64,000 nucleotides of DNA from Klebsormidium nitens (taxonomy: Eukaryota; Plantae; Klebsormidiophyceae). Of this stretch, positions 36,498 to 47,209 are shown piece by piece. Under the pieces are notes generated by a model. That model was given only the letters and a program-made list of their open reading frames with translations, ran no database searches and was not told where the DNA came from. Within the stretch, counting starts at the first letter, position 1. Every line of letters begins with the position of its first letter. The position numbers and the translations under genes are program-made. The stretch spans positions 1 through 64,000 of the forward strand of contig DF237174.1 of the NCBI GenBank assembly GCA_000708835.1, written 5' to 3'.

Positions 36498-39400
36498 TCA
36501 AAGTTCCACGTGGACACTCGGCTCCACCGGAGCCTCCAAGCTTTGCGGGGCGGAGAGCTGACGTGTCGCGTTCACGGTCCCTCTAAACACCATCTGCGCG
36601 AAGCGGGCCATGCCTAGCCGTCTGCTAACCACCCAAAAGCAAGCCAAGAGGAACAAGGTGCAGCCCAGCCAGATGATTATCCTGCACACGGAAAGGTCTG
36701 ATACCGGTTAGAACCTAGTCAAGGTAACCGGATTGATGTGGTCAAGCCACTTCAAGACTGCGTTGCCAGTACTCTGTCATCAAACATGGGCAATGGCGTT
36801 CTGTGTCCCGGCGACATCGAAGCACTCCCCAATACTTGCACCATCGTCGCATTTTCACGGTTGCCACACGTCCCTTTCGAATGGCCTCCCGTTCTTTACA
36901 GGGCTAAAGATTGGCCCAGGCGAAGATCACACCTTTAGAGTAACTTGGGTGGGAAAAAACTGACCGGTCGAGCGTGCCCTGGGACTCCAGTTGAGAAAGC
37001 AGTCTCCGGGTGGAGGAGAAAAGGGACCGCTGCCCCGTGAACTCTTCCTCCGCTTTCTTGAGCGTGCTGCCGGACTCCACTGCAGCCGGACATAATCGAT
37101 GGGATTAGGGCCATACGAGATGCTACAAGAGTGAAGTGCGTATGATTTGACGCTACCTCGGGGCAATACACCGAGATTTTACCTCGACGTTTTTGGGAGG
37201 TGCCTGAGCGCGATTTGCAACCTCAAACGAGACTCGAAACATTTTTGCAACTGACTTATCTCGGAGTTAAAAGTGGTCCTCACAAGCGGACGCCTCCAGC
37301 GAAAGTCGGTGGTATGGGAAGTTTCAAACGACCGCGTTTTGATTACAAACAGAGAAGAGGATTGAGGCCCCACTTCTATTGTATTTTTTGGCGGGCTGGA
37401 AAGTGGGACTACATGATGCAGACGAGGTCGGCCTTGTGGTGGGTCCAATGCCATTTTCAGCAGATGGCAGGTTGTCGAGCAACTGGAGACGCCACACAAG
37501 TTGGATTGAAAGAGCTAGAAAAGAAACTCAAGCGATCCACCGCTTCCCCACCGATCCAACTCAACCAAACATCGCGGTCGTTTTCGATTGCAGTCGCTGC
37601 AGAAGTCCACCTCAGAATCACGACCAGTATGCAACACTTTCACTCCATGCTCCGCGGATTCCGACCGCTCTTTCAGTCTTCAGTCCGTGCCCTCACAGAA
37701 TTTTGCTTCTGCTCCAAAGCTCAGAGGGGCGCACGGACAGACAGCTGCAATACCGTCGTACAACAACGAACTCAAACCCAAATCTGGAAACAAAAACTAC
37801 ACCCAGAGACAGGATTTTCGAGACTCACCCATGGTGGCGAGCGTGCTGGTTTGGTGTTCGACTTCCTGGGCCATAAGCTGCCGCGTGCGCCGTAAGCTCT
37901 CGGTCACGCTCTCAGACGAAAAGGCTAGGTCCGCTTGCGTCCTGCACAAGGAGCACGAAGCGCTGAAAGATTTGTCAACTGCAAATTCTTCATTGAAGAG
38001 CGTAAGAACAAGTTGAAACGGATTGAGGGGAGTCTTTTCCTGTTGGGCGCTGGAGTTGTTCGAAGTAGGGGCCCCACGTGCCAAGCGGGTGGGATGTTCA
38101 GGTTTTGGCATGAAATGAAGGGGAATACGATAGCAGACGCCATGAACAACTTGACGAGGCACGTGATTTCTCTAGTAACAGAATGTATGTACACTCTAAG
38201 CAGTGGGAGCGGTTGCAAGGGATCGAAGCCTGCAGTCACGATAGTATTTTCGGCCCTCGAGTCGGATGCATAAGTTGTGGTTGACTCGAGAATCTAGGGA
38301 GGTTAAGCAGCAGACAACTTCAACAGCTTGATAAGAAGGTTGGGCTTACTGCAATTCTTTTCGTCTTTGTGCCGCCTTCTCGCCCCCAGCAAACAGCAGC
38401 TCCCTCTGCAGAAGACAATCAGCATGTTGACGTCAAAAGCAACTTCAAACCGCGCCGGAGCCAGATGTAATTTAAGCAGAGGACGAAATCATTCTGGAAC
38501 CACGAAATACTTTCAGGAACTTTCCCTTGACAAGCCCCAACAAGCATACACGATTTGCGTTTCAAAACGATGTTGGTGTTTTGCGAAGTATTATGCTCCG
38601 GGTGGGGTCTCGTCAAACAATTCGAAGCATGTCTCACACGATTGGTTAGATCCCTTGCTCCTGATGGAAGCCAAATCCGAGCCCAGTGCAACTTTGCTTC
38701 ACTTGCTTCCAACATGTGATGAAAGTTAGACATTGCTGCGTTCGCTTTGACAAGAACAGTCTATACCGGACTATAAGTGCCAGACTGTTACGAAGGAGGT
38801 CAACTCGTTCTGAAGCCAGCTCACACCCACCTCCTCCCTTGCGGCCTTCTCCAGGTTCGCCTTTGCCGCCAGGTTTGCTTCCCTTAGAGACACTCGCAAT
38901 CTGCAGGAAAACAATAGGGGAAAATTGCGTAAAGCAACAAAAACAAAGGTGGTGGTATATTTTGCACAGGTGGACTCCAGCTCCAGCTTTGTATCTTAGA
39001 AGCAAAAGGACACTTTCATTGAAGTCAGATATGCTCGAAGTACGAGAAGGTTCGCCTGGAACAAGAAGAACATATCCCCTTTTCCCAGAAAGGGCAGGAT
39101 TTCCAGATGCACATATGAGAATTACTTTTCGGTAGTAGGTACACATTGCCCCCCCTGACTTGACTTACCTATCATGCTCCTTCTTGTATTCAACGGCCTT
39201 TTGGGTAAGCTGCTCCGCCTCTGATTCACTGCAATCAGAAAGATGTGTTGTTCAAAGATATGTGGCCTGCACAAGAGGCTGGAAGTTTGAACATAATAAT
39301 TCGGGGCAGAACATATTACAAAGCTGAGAAATGCAAGGGTCGTCACTAAGTGGGGCTGCCAACAGGTGGCCGCTAACGTAGAAAGGAGCTCCAAAAACTT

Positions 39401-39856
39401 CGAAAACCTTCGTTTGTTACACCCACCACTTTCTACGCACAGTGCTGCTTTCGTCGTGACTGAGTCTTTTATGAATGCAAACAGTGGCAAGCATTAGAGA
39501 CTTCAGCATCGGAGTTTGAATCCACAATTTTACTAGCCAGCCAGCTAGTCAGTGCTTTTCAACATAGACAACAAACTTCAACCTCAAGAGCTGCAAGAGG
39601 CATATAACCTGTAAGAGACTCAGCTCTTCCACGCTCACCTATCTACTTCTTCAGCCAGGATTTCCAGGTCCCGTGTTTTGCTCCTCATTGCTGCCATGTT
39701 ATCCTGCACTTTTGCATTCTGCCGCGAAAGCTTGTTCCCCTTCTCTGCTGAAGCTGCAATCCGCGCCACTTCCTCCTTTGACTCTACAAGCAAAGCGTTA
39801 AGCTCTGCCAACAATTGCTCCGTCTCTGAAGAGGGGTCGCCGGTGCTGGAAGCCAT
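36498..39856 (-). CDS. SEC20: ER SNARE SEC20 (Qb), about 7 exons
   Basis: RLRVSLREANL..AAREE|RELLFAGGE, SESVTESLRRTRQLMAQEVEHQTSTL, ESGSTLKKAEEEFTGQRSLFSSTRRLL..LDR, and a C-terminal TM IIIWLGCTLFLLACFWVVSRRLG. Confidence 0.92.
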
Positions 39857-40659
39857 CGCAGCTTTGCTGGGGCAATCTACGCAATTGCCCGAGCGGCGCT
39901 CCTGAAACCCAAGTGTGATGACAAACAAAGCCAGCAAAGAGGTCACGACAATGGCCAACGGCTTCTGGGTCAGGCTTCCACCCAAATGGCTTAGCAATGC
40001 TGGTAGCGCCTTTGCCTTTGCCAATTGCAACTTCAACTTCAAGTTGTCTGCTCGGAAGCCTGGGAAGGCGGGGCCCTCGAGCTGTCTTCACATGCAGTGA
40101 CGAGCCAATGTATACTTGGCAAAATGCACAAAAATTTTATTAATCTTCGACCTATCCTGTACAGGGCCTTTCCAGCTAAAGAACACGGCTCATACTTGTG
40201 TGCACACCGGGGCAAAGCATGTCGATTCTAAACCATGGATTGTGATTGCGCACGGCCTTGCTGCGAGCTCTGAGACTTCCATAAATTTCTCGATTTCGTG
40301 CAATGCTGCCTGCCCGGATGCATTGATGTAAGGCTTGAGGCTTGAAGTTGAGCACTGAGCAGTGCTTTCTTTGCTGGGGAACCTTGCAAGCGAATGTCAG
40401 CATGCTGGCTCTTGCCTAGTCGCAGATGTGAGGTGGTGCGGCTAGGGCAGACTGATGCTGGGAAAAGGGAGTGAGGTTTTGATGTCTTAATAGTTGATGT
40501 CAGTGGGGCTTCATACAACGCGCAACTGGTGGACTCATCCGCGACGGTGCTGCCAAATAAGCAGAAGTGGGCTGCCTTTATACGCTTTGACATCTGGAAC
40601 GTGGACATCATATTGATGTCGAGCAGCATCATTGATTGGGAGCTTCAGATAACAAGAGA

Positions 40660-43600
40660 ATGAGTCGCTCAGGAGCTAGGAGTGCTTTGAGAATAGAGTC
40701 TGTGCTGGCCTTGAGGAGACAGGAAACACACCCCGGTCAGGTCACATTACATTCTTCTTTAACGACCACAGGCCTTCAAAGAAAACTCCTATGCAGAACA
40801 AGGGCAAAGTGCCGCCTATTAAGTAGTCAAGTTACGAGTTTTTCAGCCGGTCAGATCATTTGCGACAGGCCAGGCCCTTTCAGTGGGGAAGCCCTTAAGA
40901 AGTGCAACTTCGTAAGATTTACTCCTTGGCGAACTGGAAAAGTGACTGCACATTCAACAGGAGAAGAGGTGGAAGGGGCTTCCAACCAAAAGAAGCTGGT
41001 GGAAGGGGCTTTGAACCAGAAGAAGCTGAGTCACGAATGGATCCGAGCAGAAAGGGTGTTGCAACAGCAGGCGGAAGAGAGCCGGCGACCAGGTGAGCTA
41101 AGAGGTTTCTGTGAGGTGATGAGTGCTGATGACTATGTTAATCTGGGGCTTGATGAGATTGTATGTTGTTACGCCTCTGGCTCAATCCAACTGAATTTCG
41201 AACGGGGGGTTGTAATTGCCAAGACTGGACAGTCTATATTTCACATATGGGCTTGTGAAGCTTGCCTCAGAATCTGCTCGTGGCTTGATAAGGACACAGG
41301 CAGGCCTGTGTTATGGCCAGAGTGCCTGATACGAATGTGAAGGGATTGAGACTGTTTGCTTCAAGTCAGCCTCGACGAATTCGTTCCTTTGCACCAGAAT
41401 CGTATGGAAGGCTAGTCAATCGGAGAATCTTGCAGATTGACTTGTATGGTTGCATGCAGATGCCCTGTATCAAGATACCATAGCCGGGCCACTGCTGGAA
41501 GCACGTGGGCCGAGGCTAGAGGGTCGAGAAAGCGTCGGCGCTCTCCGATCGGAAGAGCAAATGGCGAATGCTCTGGCTACCCGTTACGTTGATGACACAC
41601 TGCTGGCGACAGTGGAAAACGAAGCTCTCAACGTGAAGCAGGCAAGGGAATGCTTCTGTAGACATGCTCTTCGTTGAACGTGATGCTTCTTTGATGCTTC
41701 CAGTTATATCGTGCACTGAAAGACAGGTTTCGCGACTGAAAATTCGAAAGGTTATATCGTGCACTGAAAGACAGGTTTCGCAACTGAAATTTCGAAAAGG
41801 AGTCCACTGGAATGCACTGTAAGAAACTGACGTAGTCATTCTTCGGATAGGTGAAAGTTCCTCTTTGCTGTTATGCCTTCTTTATAGGCAGCCCCGAATT
41901 TAAACGCGCCTTGGAGTAACCACGGAGCAATTCCTTCTGACACATCCGACTCATCATCATCTATCACAAAATACTCGAACCCTCAGCGCAGATGCTACTT
42001 GAGAAACAACATACTATGTCTACTTCCTGATTGCAGGTTGTTTTCCTGTCGAGCGGAGCCGAGACGCGGCCCTACCGGTTGCGTTGGCCTGCCAGCACTG
42101 TTTTCTTCGAAGTGGCGCCCGCTGCCGCCCTGTCCCAAGCTCAGGCGCTTGCTAAAGGTGAGCCATTGATATGTTTCGGTTCCCGAGATTAAGTCGCTCG
42201 AGTCGTGCAAATGCCTTCGTTTGATGCTAGTAGTTGATGCCACGAATCCTTCGTTTGAGGATTTGTGTAGCACTCTTGAACCTTGTGCAACCACAAGCGA
42301 ACGTCGCCAGCAACCACCTCCCATGTCGGCAAGTCGGGGTCTGTTTACTTACGCCATTTCTGTCGCCAGGCCGAGTCGTAATCCAGATTAGCACCGTCGT
42401 ACATCAGGAAAGGCCTTCAGCCTTTATGTCAAAGCTGCCAAACGTATCAATCAACTTCCTGAGACAGTCTTGGTGACTGTTTCGAGCGACTTTCGACGAA
42501 CAATCTCTGCAGTTTGTCGGCGCGAAGTCTGCGCGTCCTCTAAAGCTGTGCAGAAGTATGGCCACGGGCTGAAAAGACTTTCTGGTCGCGATTGAGGCAA
42601 CAGCGCGCCTGAATGACCTCTCTTTTTTGACTGCCACAACTTTCGCTCCTTCTTCTAGGGCAGCCGCTGGTGTGAGTGTCCCACGGGGCACGTCAAAGTA
42701 TGACACAAAAGAATAGAACTACCGAGTGCCTCCAATGCAACAGCACATTCAAACGATTTCAGTCCAATGACGAGTCCAATCTTGTTTCCTTTTTGCTAGG
42801 GCAGCCGCTGGTGTGAATGTCCCCCGGGGTAGAATGCTAGTACGAGTAGAGGCGGACTGGGAGGCCGGGGGCGAGCACTGGGCCAAGCAGCTGACGAGGA
42901 GAGCGTACCAGGGGACGAAGCCGAGCGTGTGGGTCCTGCAGGTTGGTTAAGCTTAACCGTCGGCCCTAAAGATGTGAGGTGAGGTCGAGTTTCGATGGTT
43001 GGATTATGCAGGGGAAAAGAAGCTGATTTTTTATTTATATTGTGAATTGTGGGATCGTTTGCGTAGTCCGCAAAGCCTTGCTTTCACGGATGGCAGCAAG
43101 CACATGCGGGAGCTTCTACACTTAGACTTTCTGCTTTTCGGATGTTGTTCTTCTTGGCAGTTTTCCAAAGAGGCAATTTATAGCGCCATCGATTCAGTAC
43201 GAAATGCCGTCTGAATTGCTCAGCATCTCAGCGAGAAGCCGTCTGTCGTTGCAATGATGCCGGCCAGTTTGACAGTGAGCATCCTGCCACAAAGCGTCGA
43301 CGAGCACGCCGAAGGCCAACTGAGATGGCTGTCGACAAAGCCTTATCCGCATCCATTGTTATGTTAGGCCCCTCGTTCGACCTGCTGTCAGGTGGCGGTC
43401 TTCAACATTTTGCTTCCAGCAGAACTCTGTGTGTATCATGCTGGAACCTTGTCGCTTATCTTGAAAGGTTTAAGCCCTTTTCAATTCTCATTCGAATCAC
43501 CACAACTGTCAAGTCGAAGGGAGGTTCTGTACGGCAAAAGGAGGTCGAAGATAATGCACCTAAAGCCGACTTTCATGTCCGGGTCTCTGTCTGCTTTCAG

Positions 43601-43972
43601 GGCTGTGACGTTTCGCCGAGCGCTCTCCTCGACTTGCTTCTTGACATCGGTGATCTGGCACACGCGCACGCCATTTTGGTAGGACAGCTGCCCACGTCAG
43701 CACTCCCCTCAGACAAGGAGCGGAGTCCTGAGGCAGTTGCATCCCGACTTTTCGCCGAGCACGGATTCTCCTTCGAGGTGATAGATCGGCAAAAACTTGC
43801 CGAGCAGTATGCGGTAGACGCGTCAGAAGGTGGGCAGGATTATACCGGGCATATGTTATTTGAGGCGGTGCAGCGGCGGTTGTCGCAAGCGCAGCTCGAG
43901 GCGCTTCAACCGCAGATTGAAAACATGGAAGAGGATCGTGACGGGGAAGAAGGATTCGAGGACCTTTGGTAG
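40660..43972 (+). CDS. Plastid SAM-dependent methyltransferase, leucine-carboxyl-methyltransferase (LCM) family, similar to plant chloroplastic O-methyltransferase 1-like proteins; exons ~40660-41092, 41460-41641, 42037-42159, 42805-42941, ~43602-43972
   Basis: LATRYVDDTLL..KQ|VVFLSSGAETRPYRLRWPASTVFFEV, PSVWVLQG, LVGQLP, LFAEHGF and a C-terminal EEGFEDLW. The N-terminus is Ser/Thr/Arg-rich. The start codon is uncertain. Confidence 0.85.
41703..41798. repeat. 48-bp tandem duplication in the methyltransferase GC-AG intron
   Basis: GTTATATCGTGCACTGAAAGACAGGTTTCGC(G/A)ACTGAAA(A/T)TTCGAAA(G/A) occurs twice with 3 mismatches. Confidence 0.95.
42655..42829 (+). repeat. Duplicated 3' splice site plus exon head (34 bp, 2 mismatches; offset 141 bp)
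   Basis: CTAGGGCAGCCGCTGGTGTGA(G/A)TGTCCC(A/C)CGGGG at 42655-42688 and 42796-42829. Confidence 0.92.
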
Positions 43973-44856
43973 GCGAATGCATCATGTTATGGTTCAAAAT
44001 GCGATGCTTCGAAATTTGGCGGCAGGCTGAATTAATAGTGGACAGCGCAATTTGGAGATCCGCCTAATTGCAAATGTGAAGTTGGGGCAAGATTCATGTC
44101 GTTGTTACACAGCACTAAAAGAATAAAGCGCGTGGATTAGCTGGTAAGGGAAGTTCAAGCTGCAATCTGCCGCGAATGTGGGAACTTGAAATACGCTGCT
44201 ATCCGACATGTTTTATTGAGCTAGGAAATCTCAACCCTCACTTAATCAATTTATCTGGGCAGCATCCTTTAAACATCAAGCGTAACCATGCACTTGCAGC
44301 ATCCGATTTAAGCCTTAAGAGTATATGTCAATCGCACTTAGAGCAGCTAGAGCAAAACATGAGCTAGGTTCGAGCTTTCAGGCAGTATAAGGGCGTTCAC
44401 TGGCAGGCCAAGCACTACGTAGATGAGGCTTTGGGTCGGATTGCAGGACCTGCATCATGATCGTCGATATGCAATGATGTGCATCATTACTCCATGTATA
44501 TTTGCAGACTAGTTGCTGTACGTACAGCTCTTGCACATGACAAATTATTCAACGTGCAGGGTCAAATTACATGTGCAGTCACGTACATATCATAGAAGTT
44601 TATTGTAGATTCAGGCACATGGCACAGGGGCTCAGCGGCTGGCTCCTCAAATGCCATCATTGCAGATAAATGCCACATAATCAATCAAACTACGCGTGCT
44701 TCCGCAAAGCGCCAGATCATTGCCATATGTCAGATCGAATTTTGGAATCAAATCGTTGGATTTGTTCAATCGACCTTAATGTCTGAACAGCCTCGGCCCT
44801 ATGCAAACTTCCGTTATTGACTGTCAACTCTAGTCACTGATCCAGAAAATCTTCCC

Positions 44857-46146
44857 TCAACAGAACTCCTGGAGCCAACTCTGTATTGTTGCTGGATGCC
44901 CGATCATCCGCTCCTTGATCAAGGCGGGGTTGCCTCGGCGATCCCAGCGTGGCCCAGACATTGGAGCTATCAAGTAGAACGTGAGAATCTTTGTTCCTTG
45001 GCCAACTATATTCTCCTCAACAGAGTGATCGCTACCTGATATGGCAATGTTGTTATGCAATGCCATCTCTATGCTCTTGAGATCACCGATGCAATTCGTT
45101 GGCAAGAGACTTCTTTCATTCAAAACCCAAGCAAAGTGCTTCGGAAACATCATTCTCGCTTCGCTCAAGACAAACCGCTTCAAGTCTGGACACTTATCAA
45201 GAACCCGCGAAAAGACTTCTGTTGAGTGATCGGAGTCTCTGCAGGGCCCCCCCCAGTCGATTCTACTTGGGGGGATAGTGTGGATTACAAGATGCTGGAG
45301 ACGGGGACAATTGTTTGCTATGTTTTCAAGCATGGAGTTGGGTACGGATAAGTGATACACGTCCAGGTTCAGACACTGAATACGTACAAATGCTGATTGC
45401 AGAGCTGTGGTCTTGGGAGAGAAAACCATTGATTTGCGTGTGGTGCACTGAAATCTGAAGGAGGTGAGGCTCGGAAGGTGAAGTGGAAGGCTTCTGTAGA
45501 TGGCCTCGGACCAGTCTGTGAATTTGAAGCTCACAATGTCTAGTTTGCCAAGGCAGCTTGATTCGACCCCCAGATCTGTCGTGCCTTGCACTCTACACAA
45601 GTCATCAACTGAAGATCCAGCGCCGGCTTTTCCCCCGTTGAGTGTTAAGCTTTCCAGCCCCGGGAACCACTGAGCCATGTTCAGGACACTGCCAGCGAGG
45701 TGATAAGGATAGTGCCTGCCCGGATCAACATCCAGCCGTTTGAGCGTATCTTTTGATGTCCGCAGAATGTGCCAAAACCTCTCAAGTGCTTCTCCCTCCA
45801 CAACAACCTTGACGCTGGTCCATTGAATGCTTCCCAAAGCAGGCAAAAGGCATGGTTCTGCTCCCCGGTCGACCACCAGATTACACAGCACTGGCCGTAG
45901 GCTCAATTCCTCTGCTAGGGCTATACACGCAACATCTGGTTCAGGAGGCTTCTTCTTGCCTTTCTTCAACTTGCGAAGCACCAAGGTTTGACTGCACCGC
46001 CGCACCGCATCTCGGAACGCCCTGTTCACTCTTGCAATGTCCTTCGAGGTCTGAGGGCTGTCTGCTGTGACAGCCTTCAAAACCCAGTCCACGAGTTCGG
46101 CAGGGAGAGCGTCGATGCTGGCGCTCTTCTGCTGACGCTGCGCCAT
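44857..46146 (-). CDS. Intronless F-box/LRR (RNI-like) protein, 429 aa
   Basis: A single long ORF with an N-terminal F-box-like IDALPAELVDWVLKAV...RVNRAFRDAVR and LRR-like segments FPGLESLTL, LPSLTSFRF, NCPRLQHLVI and KCPDLKRFVL. Confidence 0.85.
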   Translation of the reverse strand: MAQRQQKSASIDALPAELVDWVLKAVTADSPQTSKDIARVNRAFRDAVRRCSQTLVLRKLKKGKKKPPEPDVACIALAEELSLRPVLCNLVVDRGAEPCLLPALGSIQWTSVKVVVEGEALERFWHILRTSKDTLKRLDVDPGRHYPYHLAGSVLNMAQWFPGLESLTLNGGKAGAGSSVDDLCRVQGTTDLGVESSCLGKLDIVSFKFTDWSEAIYRSLPLHLPSLTSFRFQCTTRKSMVFSPKTTALQSAFVRIQCLNLDVYHLSVPNSMLENIANNCPRLQHLVIHTIPPSRIDWGGPCRDSDHSTEVFSRVLDKCPDLKRFVLSEARMMFPKHFAWVLNERSLLPTNCIGDLKSIEMALHNNIAISGSDHSVEENIVGQGTKILTFYLIAPMSGPRWDRRGNPALIKERMIGHPATIQSWLQEFC

Positions 46147-47209
46147 TGCAACCAGTGCTCAGCTGGAAGCTGGATGCATCTTCTGCATTTGTAATCACGT
46201 TTTCGCAGATTAAAGAGCTGAGTCAGCTGGGTTAAGCGAAAAGCTCATGCAAGGGTTTGCAAATTGGCGCCCAGTGAAACGTCGGGCCTCAAGGGTGTCG
46301 CAAATGTCACGGAGGCCCGGGGTTACCCAGATCTGGGTTAGTATAACCCGTCAATGCAGAAAGAAGCAACTTTGAACTGGGTACCTACCTGTGAACGGCT
46401 TGCATGAGCAATGTTTCTGAGGTTTTCAGACTCTGAGCTGTAAAGTCATGTACAGTTGGCAACTGCGTACAACAGCTCTGGTTATACAGAGAAGCAATCA
46501 TGCAAATCGGCTAAAGTCTGGTCTTGGAGTCTTGCAATATTGCTAGAGGTGCGGCAATGCAGGCGTTTCCCGGAGTCGAGCAAAGCATGAAGTACAACCA
46601 GAAAAGTAGGCCCGGCCCAAACTACAGCCGCCCGCGCGGTGTCGTCATGTTTCAAGCATGATCATGAACGCTCTTCCAACAAGTTCATGCTGTTCTTTTT
46701 CTCGCATGCATATGCCATGAAACTCTTATGGTGGCATTGTATCTTTATTATCCTCATGACAAAATGCAGTTTTCACTGTATTCTACAATAGCTGTCAGGC
46801 CCGGCTCTGAAGCAATCCTCCCAATTTGCCTCACATGCCAGCTGCATACGTACTGGTGCGCAAACGGCAAGGTACCTGAATAGAATGATTTAATGTCGAA
46901 GTACCATTTTGCCACATGGTGGCCTCTCAACAACCCTTCCCTCCTACCATAACCTCTTCTGTGAATTGCGGGTCGTGCTTTACTAAAAGTTGCAAATGTC
47001 TACTCTACAGATCCTAAGAAGTTAGTTGTCCTTTTTATGTCGTTGCCCGCAAGTCGTCAACAAGGTGGGATGACTGTCAGCTCTACAGGTTACGACTTGG
47101 CACGAAGCATTGAAGCTTCAAAAGGCGTGCACTGTAATCGAAGAAGCTTTTGACCACGCAGCATCTACAACCTTTTCAGGAGGAGACTCTGCATTATCCA
47201 ATGACGGTT

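Noticed and set aside
37200-37895. 231-aa plus-strand ORF inside SEC20
   Set aside because: It has a non-ATG start, overlaps intron and exon antisense, and shows no family motifs.
39857-40042. In-frame hydrophobic extension upstream of the SEC20 ATG
   Set aside because: It starts at TTG with no ATG, and SEC20 homology begins at about MASST; probably 5' UTR.
43325-43972. Initial reading of the acidic C-terminal ORF as an adaptin-binding p34-like protein
   Set aside because: The upstream exons (TRYVDD, ETRPYRLRWP) identify the locus as an LCM-family methyltransferase.
46284-46338. GGGCCTC/GAGGCCC stem and the 14-bp palindrome ACCCAGATCTGGGT upstream of the F-box gene
   Set aside because: Single occurrence with no supporting evidence of function.
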